Below, piece after piece: positions 29,411 through 39,726 of a stretch of DNA of 64,000 nucleotides. This DNA is from Oligoflexus sp. (GTDB lineage Bacteria; Bdellovibrionota_B; Oligoflexia; Oligoflexales; Oligoflexaceae). A program made the position numbers and the translations under genes. Position 1 is the stretch's first letter, and every line of letters starts with the position of its first letter. The stretch lies in the NCBI GenBank assembly GCA_041736645.1, contig JBGSTF010000129.1, positions 49,466-113,465 on the forward strand. Direction: 5' to 3'. The notes under the pieces were generated by a model. That model made no database searches. It was given only the letters and a program-made list of their open reading frames with translations, and was not told the origin of the DNA.

Positions 29411-30205
29411 ATGGCAAACCAGCAGCATATGCTGTCGAGACTGAAGGATTTATCACAAATTCCTTACATCGTGACCCTGGATGATGACCCGGTTATGGCG
29501 AGAATTATTGAGGAAACCTTAGGCCTGAAAAATTTTGCTTTTACCCAAAGTGAGCAACTCCTCGAATGTGCAGGTGAAATGTCGCCGGTTGGAGCCTTTG
29601 TCGACATTAATCTGAAGGGTGAGTGCGGATTGGATACCATTCCGCGTCTTAGGGCACTTTGGCCTACTACAGCTATTATCGTTATCAGTGGTGACGAATC
29701 CGATACGAGCATCAGCCAAGCTCTCGCCTCGGGAGCTGATGATTTCGTTCGAAAGCCTATCTCACCTGCTGAAGTGGTAGCCCGTTTGCGAGTGCGCATC
29801 GAAGATTTGAACGACAAAAATCGCATGAACCTATTGAAATTTGGTGACTTGAAAGTCGACCTTAAGCACAAAACCATCAGTGGCGGCAAAAGCCAACTCA
29901 TCCTGTCAGCCCGTGAAATCGATCTCCTCGCGGAATTGATAAGGGCGCATGGAACCATCGTGCCTAAGGATGTTTTGAAACGTGAGCTTTGGGGTTCACT
30001 GGCTGTCAGTGATAACGCTTTGGATCGCAAAATTTTTGAAGTCCGTCGGGCTCTGCGCGAAGTGAGTGACAATGTGGAATTGCATTCCATATACGGCATC
30101 GGCATGGTGCTACGCATGCGGAACCAGGAAGCTGAGAGAACCCTTTTGAATGATTTCGATGCGAAGCTGAAATCAACTCGCAAAGCGAAAACGACGAGTT
30201 TCTGA
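29411..30205 (+). CDS. OmpR-family response regulator (receiver plus winged-helix DNA-binding domain)
   Basis: The receiver has IVTLDDDP..AFVDINL..IVISG..VRKP. The C-terminus carries a trans_reg_C-like segment (LSAREIDLLAELIRAHGTIVPKDVLKRELWG). Confidence 0.8.
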   Translation: MANQQHMLSRLKDLSQIPYIVTLDDDPVMARIIEETLGLKNFAFTQSEQLLECAGEMSPVGAFVDINLKGECGLDTIPRLRALWPTTAIIVISGDESDTSISQALASGADDFVRKPISPAEVVARLRVRIEDLNDKNRMNLLKFGDLKVDLKHKTISGGKSQLILSAREIDLLAELIRAHGTIVPKDVLKRELWGSLAVSDNALDRKIFEVRRALREVSDNVELHSIYGIGMVLRMRNQEAERTLLNDFDAKLKSTRKAKTTSF

Positions 30206-30488
30206 TAGCAGGTGAGACGTTGTTGGGACTCAGTAATCCATCTTGCCTTTACCCTGAGTGCAAAGCCCCTACTGATGAAATTTTTTGTCTCCCGGGCTCT
30301 ATTTTTTTCCTCAATCAGGAATTTTGCTGAATCTAGCTACCAAGCTGTAGGAAACGGAGCTTCTCCTGTCTCTGGAAATGCTTGCTTTCTCATGGACAGC
30401 TCCCATGGATCGGCCTAAAACTTTCTAAGATCAGATCTTTCCAACACAGGGCAGGGCGTAACCAGCCCCTTTCGCAGAGGAGACGTTC

Positions 30489-30908
30489 ATGAGGCTTAGT
30501 GAGACTCCCTGGAAGTTTGTGCTGCTGGGCGGTGATGTAAAAACCGCTGCCAACTACTTGGCTGCTGCTGCCCTTGCGGGTCATCAGTTGGATCATTTTT
30601 TTTCCATGCACGAATTGGGTTATCTGGGGCGCTTCCGCGAATATGATGCGGCAATCGTTCATGATGATATGCAACCCTTGTCGGGGCTGGAATTAGCGGA
30701 ATATTTAGAAAAGTTGTTTCAGTCCCTACCCATGATCCTGCTCACCTCAAATTTTGAGTCGGAGTTCAATCGTAAGCTGGTTCCTGCGAGTGTTGTCGAA
30801 TGTTTTCCGGCATCGCAAGATGCCCATTTTGTGCTCGAAAAAGCTTTAGAAGCTCTCCATAGTCGAAGCTCCGTAGTTCCTTATTTGACGGCAGTTGAGA
30901 GACGTTAG
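30489..30908 (+). CDS. stand-alone receiver-like (atypical REC) domain protein
   Basis: FVLLGGDV..AAIVHDDMQPLSGLEL..MILLTS shows a REC fold but lacks a canonical N-terminal DD pair. Confidence 0.55.
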   Translation: MRLSETPWKFVLLGGDVKTAANYLAAAALAGHQLDHFFSMHELGYLGRFREYDAAIVHDDMQPLSGLELAEYLEKLFQSLPMILLTSNFESEFNRKLVPASVVECFPASQDAHFVLEKALEALHSRSSVVPYLTAVERR

Positions 30909-30930
30909 GGAAAGCGATACAGCAAGCGAC

Positions 30931-30971
30931 AAAAAAACAGGCTCGGGATCAATATCCTGGGCCTGTTTTTT
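30931..30971. terminator. bidirectional intrinsic terminator (A7-hairpin-T6)
   Basis: AAAAAAA-CAGGCtcgggatcaatatcctggGCCTG-TTTTTT lies between the convergent genes. Confidence 0.5.
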
Positions 30972-30992
30972 GGAAAAGACCGAATGGGAGGG

Positions 30993-31274
30993 TCAACTCC
31001 TCCTTCGCATGCCAACCAACTGTTTGGTTTTGGCTGCAACTTGACTGCCGGCAAGCTTTACATGAGCTTCTACAATCGCATCACTCCCGCTGTGCAGGAG
31101 AAGCTGATAGCCGAGAGCCGAGAGCGGGCCGAGGAACACATCACCGATTTCGACTGGGCAGGTCGATTTCAAACGGAAGACACTGTAGGTCCCATCAATC
31201 ACGCGTACTGCAACCATGTCTTGATTTTTCAAAATGACTCGACCTTCCATAGTCTCCTCACGATCTTGGACCAC
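30993..31274 (-). CDS. small hypothetical protein of about 85-93 aa
   Basis: The ORF ends 7 nt before the bidirectional terminator. An internal ATG (MEGRV) has a GAGGAG RBS. The competing plus-strand ORF would start inside the terminator. Confidence 0.35.
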   Translation of the reverse strand: MVQDREETMEGRVILKNQDMVAVRVIDGTYSVFRLKSTCPVEIGDVFLGPLSALGYQLLLHSGSDAIVEAHVKLAGSQVAAKTKQLVGMRRRS

Positions 31275-31396
31275 AGCAGTGGACCTAGTGTTTTCTTAGT
31301 GTGCTGAATCGAGGTGTAGGAATACTAGGGTGAACGGACACCCAGGACAAGCCCCATCCCAAATTCTTCCTGCCAAATATGAATGTCGATAAGCTA

Positions 31397-34300
31397 TCAC
31401 AGTCGATGACTTTCTTGCAATTGCACAAGGTGAACAAGTTCCGTGAAGAGAATGCAAGTTTGTACAAGTTTACCAGGATTTAACAGCCGAACTGCTTCTG
31501 CATAGAACGCGAGTTGCTGATCGTATTTCTTATCGATGATGAATTGTCCTAAATCCTGATCGATGGAAACATCAGCAACGCTTTTGTAATCAACAACAAG
31601 GAACGAACCATCTTCACGCTCCACCAAGAGATCAATGATCCCACGCACGAGTTGGCGATCTTTTAAAAAGGCCACCGGCATTTCTGCAAAAATTCTTTGA
31701 GAATATCGAAGGAGTCCTTGCCAGAGAGCCGATTGCAAAATTCTATCCAATTTGAATTGAGCCGCAGGAAAAGCCGCGTGATACTCTTTATGGGGGTGGG
31801 ATCCTCGGAGAGAGAACCAAAAAGCTTCCCGCTCGAACGTCTGTTTTTTTACAAATAACTCGAGTCCTTTGTGTACGAAAGTCCCGAAACTCGTGGCAAA
31901 GGCATGGGAGTGGCCGTGTCCGATGGAGCCCAATTCGAGCAAGCGCGCGGGTGCCAGAGTTCGAATCTCCTGGCTAGGCTCGGCGGATCCTCCTGGTAGT
32001 AACCAAAAGACTGGCGTTGCCTCTGGAGCCTCACCAGGAGCGCTCACTGTGATTGTTCCGGTGCCAGATGTATGGAGCTCGTGAACGATCAACCCATCGC
32101 GAGCCATGCTGCGAGCTCCCAAGGGGATGGCCGCTTCCAGGACTATGGCATGAAACGATTGAGCCACTTGCTTTCCAGGCCTCCTTTGGTGACCAGAAAC
32201 GACCAGACAGTACTGAGCTCTCGTTAAAGCAACATAAAGAAGACGCAAATTCTCGGCGCTTGATTCATTGTGCAATTGCTGATGAATGCCGTCCATATGC
32301 GCGTCCTGAGTCGGCTGATCGCCTTTTTTTCCGACATAGAAGACTCCAGAGCCAAGCCCGTGATCTTTGACTTTTGCCCAATAGGGATCGGTCTTTTCCC
32401 AGTCTTCACCGGTACCAACCAACATAACGACCGGAAATTCAAGGCCTTTTGACTTATGTATCGTCATGAGTTGGACGGCGTCGCTCGACACTTCGGCCAA
32501 TCCGACAGATTTTTCTGCTGCCATTTGCTCCAGCCGATCCAGTACGGGATGCCAGTCAAATAAACCGCTCGCTTCCAGTTCAAAAAGGATTTCTGCAAAG
32601 CGAGCACCGTTGGCCTGTGCCAGAGCACCTTCCTCACTGCCAAATGCCAATCGATAGCGGCTGGCGAATTCAACCTGATGCAGCCACTGCTGAATAAACA
32701 GTGCCGGGCGCTGGGTTTGACGAAGTCGGAGAGCTTGATCCAGCTGGAGAGCGCCTTTTTGTCCGCATTCGATCAAGTCACTCAAGATTTCTGCTAGGCG
32801 TTCGCGATAGCTGAGCTTTGATCTTTTGGGACATTTGGCAAGTGCCTCAATCAAGAGTGCATCGGGTACAGCGAGCATTGGGCTCTTCAGCACTTCGACA
32901 AAGCTCATGGTATCAGAGGGGTTGGCCATGCATCGGCACAGGGCCAATAAGTCGCGAATTTCTAGACGTTCAAAGTAACTCTGACCCTCTTCCATGCGGA
33001 CAGCTAGGCCTTGGGAGCGCATGGCCTCAGCATAGATTGCCGCTTGGGTTGAGGCTCGATAGAGGATAGCGCAATCACCGGCGCGTAAAGGACGAAGACC
33101 TCGAAGTTTCTTATCATAGATAAGTTTCGGCTCCCCGGGGTTGAGCCAGCCTCGAAGCTGCTTGGCGAGAAACTGTGCTTCCGCTTCCACGGGATCGTCC
33201 AAGCCATCCTGTTTGCAAAAAAGAGCTGGAATCACAATACTGGAAGGACCAGCAACGAGGTCTTGACCCGTCTGTGGATCCTTAGCGGAGGCATGTTCTG
33301 GAAAATCTACAATGCGCTGAGCAAACACATGATTGACCAATTGAAGCAGCAGCGCACTGGTTCGGTAGCTCACGCTCAGTTGAATCGAGCGAGCCGAACT
33401 TTGGCTCAGATGGCGAGCCGCCTCGTCGAGGATCATGGCCTCCGCTTCACGAAAACCGTAGATCGATTGCTTGGCATCGCCGACGATAAATACGCTCGCG
33501 GGCAGTTGATCTGAGGTTTCCAAACCTTTGCCGGCTAACATTTCACTGGCCATGGCCCGAAAGACTGTCCATTGCAGAATACTGGTGTCTTGAAATTCAT
33601 CCAGTAACACATGATGGATACTACGATGCAAAAGAAAGCGAATGCCGGCCGCCTCAGGTTCGCTGAATAAATGAAACCCACCTTTGATGAGATCAGCAAA
33701 GGACATACTTCGCCTTTGAAACTTAGTATGCTGACGCTCCTCGGCAAAAGCTTTATAAATGCGAAACAGCAATCGACCTCGACGATTGAGAAGATGCTTT
33801 TTGCGTTCGGCTTCAAAAGCCAGGGCTGCTTGATCGATCGCTTCGATGGAGCTGGCCAGCAGCTCGCGCTTTTTGCCCTTAAAAGTGCCGCCGTGAACAG
33901 TGCTATCAGCTTTGAGAACCCTCATCTCTTGCAGTTGGCTGAGGTCGCTGCATTTAATGGCAGCCAAGGCAGCACCCATGCGTTCAGCAGGTAAACTTCG
34001 AGCGAGTTGCTCTAAATCACTTGCTACGGCCTGGATGAAGGATTGCAGACTGGGTTCCTGTTCGATTTTTTGGACAGGATGTTCCAACAGCGCCAGCGGT
34101 CTTTGCTTTTGCACCAGCCAGAGAAAAGATTCGTGACGGGATAATTCTTTGATACGGTTTTCGATATCCATGAGATGGAAATCGGCGCTCAAATCTTGGG
34201 TCCACTCCTGCAGGCTGCCATCGGCTTGAGCTTTTTTTAGCAAGGATGACCAAGCCCGGCGATGAATGCGTTCTTCTCCTTGAGGACTGAGCAGATCAAA

Positions 34301-34780
34301 AGCAGTAGGAATAGCAAGGGCTCCAGCGGCTGAGGCTTCGAATGGAAATTTGCGCATCCACTCCAGAAATATGGCATCCATGGTCGCAATACGAAGCGAC
34401 TGAGTATTGGCTAGAATAAGTTGGGCGGCAGCCGCAGCTCCTCGAGGAGGCGGCAGTATGCGGCTGGGATCTTGAGCCTTGGCTGCCCTATAGAATTGCT
34501 GCAGATCCTTGGTGAAGGCCTCAAGTTCTGCGGGTTCTTGCAGGAGGGCTGCCGCGCTATCAAGAATACGTTCGCGCATTTCGGCTGCAGCCTTGCGGGT
34601 GAAGGTCACGGTGAGGATCGAACTAGGGTGGGCTCCAGCTGCGACCAACTGAAGAAAGCGCCGAGACAGCTGCCAGGTCTTGCCGCTGCCGGCTGATGCG
34701 CGCACCACAAAACTGCCATAGGGATTCTGAGGATTATTCTGCGGCATCGGAGCTTTCATCCTTTCCACGGGAGTGACCAC
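31397..34780 (-). CDS. addA: ATP-dependent helicase/nuclease subunit A (UvrD-family helicase with a C-terminal PD-(D/E)xK nuclease)
   Basis: Walker A (GSGKTWQL), UvrD motifs and a C-terminal GIIDLLVE..VVDYKS nuclease motif are present. Confidence 0.85.
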   Translation of the reverse strand: MVTPVERMKAPMPQNNPQNPYGSFVVRASAGSGKTWQLSRRFLQLVAAGAHPSSILTVTFTRKAAAEMRERILDSAAALLQEPAELEAFTKDLQQFYRAAKAQDPSRILPPPRGAAAAAQLILANTQSLRIATMDAIFLEWMRKFPFEASAAGALAIPTAFDLLSPQGEERIHRRAWSSLLKKAQADGSLQEWTQDLSADFHLMDIENRIKELSRHESFLWLVQKQRPLALLEHPVQKIEQEPSLQSFIQAVASDLEQLARSLPAERMGAALAAIKCSDLSQLQEMRVLKADSTVHGGTFKGKKRELLASSIEAIDQAALAFEAERKKHLLNRRGRLLFRIYKAFAEERQHTKFQRRSMSFADLIKGGFHLFSEPEAAGIRFLLHRSIHHVLLDEFQDTSILQWTVFRAMASEMLAGKGLETSDQLPASVFIVGDAKQSIYGFREAEAMILDEAARHLSQSSARSIQLSVSYRTSALLLQLVNHVFAQRIVDFPEHASAKDPQTGQDLVAGPSSIVIPALFCKQDGLDDPVEAEAQFLAKQLRGWLNPGEPKLIYDKKLRGLRPLRAGDCAILYRASTQAAIYAEAMRSQGLAVRMEEGQSYFERLEIRDLLALCRCMANPSDTMSFVEVLKSPMLAVPDALLIEALAKCPKRSKLSYRERLAEILSDLIECGQKGALQLDQALRLRQTQRPALFIQQWLHQVEFASRYRLAFGSEEGALAQANGARFAEILFELEASGLFDWHPVLDRLEQMAAEKSVGLAEVSSDAVQLMTIHKSKGLEFPVVMLVGTGEDWEKTDPYWAKVKDHGLGSGVFYVGKKGDQPTQDAHMDGIHQQLHNESSAENLRLLYVALTRAQYCLVVSGHQRRPGKQVAQSFHAIVLEAAIPLGARSMARDGLIVHELHTSGTGTITVSAPGEAPEATPVFWLLPGGSAEPSQEIRTLAPARLLELGSIGHGHSHAFATSFGTFVHKGLELFVKKQTFEREAFWFSLRGSHPHKEYHAAFPAAQFKLDRILQSALWQGLLRYSQRIFAEMPVAFLKDRQLVRGIIDLLVEREDGSFLVVDYKSVADVSIDQDLGQFIIDKKYDQQLAFYAEAVRLLNPGKLVQTCILFTELVHLVQLQESHRL

Positions 34781-37646
34781 TCAGTCTTTGTTCCCAAGTG
34801 TTTTGACCGAGAATTCGGCTTCTGAAGCGAGGGTCCTCTTTGCGACAAATCCCATCAAAGTTACACAATTCGCAAACGCTGGGATCAGCATAAAAACGTT
34901 GCTGGCGACGCACGTCCTCTTCCCGCCAGTGCCAGTTGGCAATAACCCCTTCTTTCAATGCTTCCACGCTGGGAGTATTGCGTGTACTCAAGGCACGAGC
35001 GATGGGGTTCGCTGCTGCCGCATCGTTGATGCCATGAGAATGCCAGGTCCCTTCGTAAATATTCCAATAGCCAAGCAAGAGAGCTTGGGTCGAACGCTGT
35101 GGATCAAAGCAGGCGATGGCCATGGCATAAAAAGCCAATTGCGGTGAAGTCCCACACTCGGATGAAGCGATTGTAGGCACACGACGCCTTTTATAGTCGG
35201 TGACCAAGCTCAAGTCCTTGAATTGATCCAGGGCATCTATCCGCCCCATCAAGAGCCGCATATGAGGCCCAACCTGAACGCTGACGGGGCGGTCGCTGCG
35301 AACTCCAAAAGCCAATTCACGCTCAGCCGCTTGCCATTGACTTGGTTGATGGGCGCCCAAGAGCATGAGGTGGGCAATAAATTGTGGCCAGGCATGCTGC
35401 TCTAAGTGGCGAGTGATAGGGCTGTCTTTCAGTTCACTTGGAGCCAGAAGACTCGTCAAATCCATCAATCGACTCAGAGCTTTTTGAGCGAATTGTTCCC
35501 CCGTAACGTTCCAGATTGGCAAGAGCTGCTGGCCTTCATGTTGGCCGCTGACAAAAGCCTCCAGCACCGCATGGAGCCAGACTCCCTCCCGCCTAGCATC
35601 ACCTTCCCATGGCGGTGGCCTGAAATCTTGAACCCCGAGTTGATTGAGCAGGAAAGCATAGGGACAGCGAATCAAACGTTCCAGTCGGCTGGCGCTCATG
35701 GTCGACCAAAGTTGATCGAAAGCTTCCGGGTAAATGCCCTCAGGCACGTCGTCCAGAGCGGTCAAATGGATAGGCGCATGGGGAAAGGCTTCGTCCCAAA
35801 GGGGCAGTCTAGCTTCGGTCAATTTTCCTTGTACCAGGAGTGCCTCGGTGAATCGAGACCGAACAACGGTTTCATCACCTCGACTTTTCGATCGAAAAAG
35901 AATCATTTGAGGCAGTCGCGCCAGCAGTAGATGAAAGGTTTGGTCCTCCATCGACTCCAATACTTCCCAGCCTGGCAGCCCCATAGCTTTTTTTAAATAG
36001 TTGTCGAGCAGCACATCCTGCGGTAAGGCCTGAGGAAAAAATCCTTCCTGACAACCCAGCAAAATTACCCTGGTAAAAGGCATAGAGCGAGCTTCCGGGA
36101 TACTGAGAATCTGCAGGCCTGCGAGTGGTTCACCCGTGCCCCGCACGTCCCCGCTCAAGAGATGGCGGTTAAGGATTTCCCAAAAAAATGTGCCACTCAT
36201 AAGCCCGGTGCTGACATTGCTGATGATATGCAGAGACTCAAGAAAGCTTTCGAATAGGTCTTCTGCTGACTGCAAAAGATCGGCAGCTTCATCGCAAGAG
36301 AAAATGGCAAATTCTTCTACGAGTTCCAACAGCTCTTTTTGCCAAACCTGAACCGATACCTGGCGGTTAGGATGAAACAGCTGCAGGCGATTCATCAGTC
36401 TACCAAGACGCGTGCTATGCAGCTCAGGCAAATCCTTGAGCATCAATTCATAATGATGAGGGATGCCTAGTTTGAGTATGGCTTCGCGAAGGTGGTCCAG
36501 AGCGAAGGGTTCCGGCTTGCCATCGAAGAGCCAGTGTTCGACCGATGGATGTTGAATCAATCCGAGCAAGTGACTGACCTCTTGGTCGCCTTCCCAGAGC
36601 TTATGAATCGATGACAGAAAGCGCCCAGGCAGGAGGGAAGCAAAACCTTGGGCGAGGGCAATGTTGCAATCCAAGGATTCATCGCAAAGAAAACGTAAGG
36701 GCGGACCATAGGTACTCTCCTTACTCACCAAAAGAGCGATGCGGTGGGGACTCATCCCTTCGGCGATCCATTGCTTAGCAAGGCCGACAGCCCAACGCGC
36801 TTCTTCTAAAGGTGAATCCGCTACCCAAGCCAAAGGGGGGTGTCCTGAGGCCGATCTATGTGTCGGCTGCCTTAATCCTTCAAAGCCTGTGTTTTGCCGA
36901 ATCCAAGCGACCAGTTCTTTAAGTGGGCTGGAACTGTGGTAGAGCTCGGGAGCTTCGTGCAGCCAAAAGCAAGCCCGGCTGTCCTGCAAAAGACATTGCA
37001 GCACAGGTCTCCAGCTTTTTGCTAGGCTCGTATAGGCTACCAGTACGATCTTTTTATAAGGGGTCAAGGACTCAGGAGGCCAGCTGTTCGCCAGCGAATC
37101 CGCACAGCGGCTCAGTAAGGCACTGCGGGTCAAAAGGTTCTGAGCCTCGAGGGCTTCATCGAGGCGGTCGAGTATCGCTTGAATTTCCTGCGCTCTGGTA
37201 TGCAAAGATCCCAGATGGGTTTCGCTTTTATAGATATCCTCGGCAATAATGCGCAAGAGTTCATCGGGTGCGGTGTGTCTGAGACCTTGTTCAAAAAGTT
37301 CATTGTGTAAGAGGCGAAGCTCTCGTTCATGGCCGACCTGCAGTTGGGTAAAGAGACCCGATTGCAGCTGCTGATGCAGGATGAGCTCAACGGCACTTTC
37401 TGGAATTTGGTTCACGCCGGAGCTGTTACCATGTTCCGTGAGTAATCTTTCCAGAGTGAGAATGCTGGGAGTGCGGAGAGCTTTATGATGTTCCAAAATC
37501 CCAGCCAGGATATGAGTGCCGAGGCGCTGAGTCGGAACCACGAGGAGAGTCTGTGCGAGCTCATCCTGGCTCCATTGACTGAGTTCATCAATCAGTTCTG
37601 ATGCCAAGCAGACTGCCGGTGGAAAAAAATTCAGACTTGCAGCCAT
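34734..37646 (-). CDS. addB: helicase/nuclease subunit B (AddB/RexB-like) with a C-terminal nuclease and Fe-S Cys cluster
   Basis: The C-terminus has GRIDAL..VTDYKRRR plus C..CELCNFDGIC. It is immediately upstream of addA and overlaps it by 47 nt. Confidence 0.8.
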   Translation of the reverse strand: MAASLNFFPPAVCLASELIDELSQWSQDELAQTLLVVPTQRLGTHILAGILEHHKALRTPSILTLERLLTEHGNSSGVNQIPESAVELILHQQLQSGLFTQLQVGHERELRLLHNELFEQGLRHTAPDELLRIIAEDIYKSETHLGSLHTRAQEIQAILDRLDEALEAQNLLTRSALLSRCADSLANSWPPESLTPYKKIVLVAYTSLAKSWRPVLQCLLQDSRACFWLHEAPELYHSSSPLKELVAWIRQNTGFEGLRQPTHRSASGHPPLAWVADSPLEEARWAVGLAKQWIAEGMSPHRIALLVSKESTYGPPLRFLCDESLDCNIALAQGFASLLPGRFLSSIHKLWEGDQEVSHLLGLIQHPSVEHWLFDGKPEPFALDHLREAILKLGIPHHYELMLKDLPELHSTRLGRLMNRLQLFHPNRQVSVQVWQKELLELVEEFAIFSCDEAADLLQSAEDLFESFLESLHIISNVSTGLMSGTFFWEILNRHLLSGDVRGTGEPLAGLQILSIPEARSMPFTRVILLGCQEGFFPQALPQDVLLDNYLKKAMGLPGWEVLESMEDQTFHLLLARLPQMILFRSKSRGDETVVRSRFTEALLVQGKLTEARLPLWDEAFPHAPIHLTALDDVPEGIYPEAFDQLWSTMSASRLERLIRCPYAFLLNQLGVQDFRPPPWEGDARREGVWLHAVLEAFVSGQHEGQQLLPIWNVTGEQFAQKALSRLMDLTSLLAPSELKDSPITRHLEQHAWPQFIAHLMLLGAHQPSQWQAAERELAFGVRSDRPVSVQVGPHMRLLMGRIDALDQFKDLSLVTDYKRRRVPTIASSECGTSPQLAFYAMAIACFDPQRSTQALLLGYWNIYEGTWHSHGINDAAAANPIARALSTRNTPSVEALKEGVIANWHWREEDVRRQQRFYADPSVCELCNFDGICRKEDPRFRSRILGQNTWEQRLSGHSRGKDESSDAAE

Positions 37647-37861
37647 GGATACTCTCTCCGAAGCTCAGGGGGCAGCTCAGCATGCATGAGGAGTCTTCGC
37701 CTCGTTCGCAGCTCAGTTGCTAGACTGTTCTTATAATGGGGTGACGATAGCAGAAGCCAGGGACATCAGCAGCGGATTTCCAATGGCGGCCTGACTAAAA
37801 CATATTTATGCAATAAATTTAGGTATTTATCTTGGTTTGTAGCGCGTACAAAGAACCTTGA

Positions 37862-39292
37862 TCACAGTCCATTCTTGCGCCAAAAGCGGGCGATCAGGGG
37901 ATGCTGGATGATTTGCCAGACCTGACTTCGGTTTAAGATGATCAAGGCCGTCAGGTACACAAGTGCGCCGAGCAGCAGGTTCTGTAGCAGGCCATTCCAG
38001 TTGCCGAGCTTGAGAATCAGCGCCATGCCGCATCCTGCAACCCAAGTCCGGCTGAGAGATGACCATGGAAACTGACCGATGAGAGGTCGTGCTTGCCACA
38101 CAATAAGAACGGCTGCCAATAATTTTCCTGCGACAACTCCCCAGGCAGCAGCATGAACATGAAGACTCGCACGCAAACTATAGGCTAGTAAGGGGCCAAG
38201 GATTAATCCTGGCACGAGGGCCTGAATCATTTTCCAAGGCTGTGCCTTAAGCTGTAGCAGCTGAAGTCCAAATACGATGATAAAGACATTGCCAAAGATC
38301 CCAAGGCACAGAATAGGAAAGATGCCATGAGTGGCAGTCATCTGATGAGTAAAAAGCAGCTGCATAGCATCTGTTTCTACGAATGGTGCTCCGAACACCA
38401 TGGGTGTAGCCAAAGCCATGAGACACCATAAACTGAGCGAGCTGTGTTTAAAGAGTGATTCACGGTCCTGAGCCTGGACAATTTCCGCGTAAAAAGCCAT
38501 GACGATGGAGCCAGTGAACATGATCAAACTTTGCACGACCCGTGCGGGTCCCGCATAGGCACCGGCCATTTCCAGCCCGAACCATTGTTTGACGAGAAGG
38601 ACATCAAAGCGATCATAGACTATAAGCATAATTGCGATAAGGGCGAACGGTGTAGCGCCCCAAAAGACCTGTAAGAGGTGCTGAGGCGAGTCCCACTTTA
38701 ATTGGCGCCATGCATAGAGGCCCGACGCCAATGCCATCAGAGCATTAGGCAAAAGGATCAGAACGACGAACAGTTTTTTGTCAGCTGGTTCATTGACCAA
38801 AACCATCATGAGTCCTAGGCTGCCAAGCCGCAAAAGACCACCCAAAGCTGTAAAAATAGCCAGTTTCCGCTTCACCAAGACAAACCACATTGCATCCAAG
38901 GCCGTAGAGCCCAGGATTAAAACGAGCAGACCGATATGCTCGCTGACCGACAGTCCCGACAGCTGCCAAGAACTTTCGATCAGACACAATAGAATGAGGA
39001 GCAAGGCATGCATTGTTTTGAGGACGGCGATGGATGAAAACAGCTGAGAGCATCGCTGCAGGATGCCACCCTCACGAGCTATTTCAGCGATCGCATAGTT
39101 GGTGTAGCCATAGGCTACAAAAGGTTGCAAAGTTTCGAGCAATGCCAATCCATATTGAGCCCAACCAAAACCGCTTAAGCCCAAATATTTTTGTGCATGA
39201 TGCAATATAAGCAGTGGAGATATCTTATTGATGGTTTCCATCAAAAGACCGGTCGCGAGATTGAGGCTGAGCCGGCGACGATTGATCGACAT
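37862..39292 (-). CDS. polysaccharide biosynthesis protein / MOP-superfamily flippase (Wzx or MurJ-like), about 12-14 TM
   Basis: The protein is highly hydrophobic and polytopic, with a Wzx-like N-terminus. Confidence 0.7.
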   Translation of the reverse strand: MSINRRRLSLNLATGLLMETINKISPLLILHHAQKYLGLSGFGWAQYGLALLETLQPFVAYGYTNYAIAEIAREGGILQRCSQLFSSIAVLKTMHALLLILLCLIESSWQLSGLSVSEHIGLLVLILGSTALDAMWFVLVKRKLAIFTALGGLLRLGSLGLMMVLVNEPADKKLFVVLILLPNALMALASGLYAWRQLKWDSPQHLLQVFWGATPFALIAIMLIVYDRFDVLLVKQWFGLEMAGAYAGPARVVQSLIMFTGSIVMAFYAEIVQAQDRESLFKHSSLSLWCLMALATPMVFGAPFVETDAMQLLFTHQMTATHGIFPILCLGIFGNVFIIVFGLQLLQLKAQPWKMIQALVPGLILGPLLAYSLRASLHVHAAAWGVVAGKLLAAVLIVWQARPLIGQFPWSSLSRTWVAGCGMALILKLGNWNGLLQNLLLGALVYLTALIILNRSQVWQIIQHPLIARFWRKNGL

Positions 39293-39582
39293 GTAAATTC
39301 CAGGCGATTGCTGGCAAAAGGGCCAATCCTAACTTTAGCCGAAATCTGCTCAAAGCTCCAGTGGGCGTGGGCTGATAGGAGTTTGAAGCCAGCACCAACG
39401 CGGAAAGCTTTCTTAACAAACATTTCATAATCATCGGTTTGACTTCAAAGGCTTTCCACAGCATGCTGCAGGGGTGGACATTGTAGAGTTCGCTGTTCGA
39501 GTCGGCTGTTTTGTTGACCCCCTCAATGCTAGGTGTATAGCATTGGATTTTATCTGAATTAAGGCTTGCTAGATGATGGAAG

Positions 39583-39616
39583 CGCCGTTCGAAGATTTCG
39601 AACGGCGTTTTTTTTA
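39583..39616 (+). terminator. intrinsic-terminator-like hairpin (10-bp perfect stem GCCGTTCGAA/TTCGAACGGC) followed by a T8 run
   Basis: It lies on the plus strand inside the divergent intergenic region, about 110 nt upstream of the beta-barrel gene. Confidence 0.5.
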
Positions 39617-39726
39617 TATGGCCGGTATTTACAGGCAAAAAATGCCGAGTGAGCCCTCATTTCAAACTTAAGCTTCTTGGCTTTTTGCCGATGCAACAGC
39701 TGTGGAATAGACCGAGGGGGAATGCT

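Noticed and set aside
30984-31307. plus-strand 107-aa ORF
   Set aside because: It would start inside the bidirectional terminator. The minus-strand ORF fits the terminator and has an RBS.
39225-39638. minus-strand 137-aa ORF
   Set aside because: It overlaps the flippase start and spans the divergent promoter and terminator region with no RBS.
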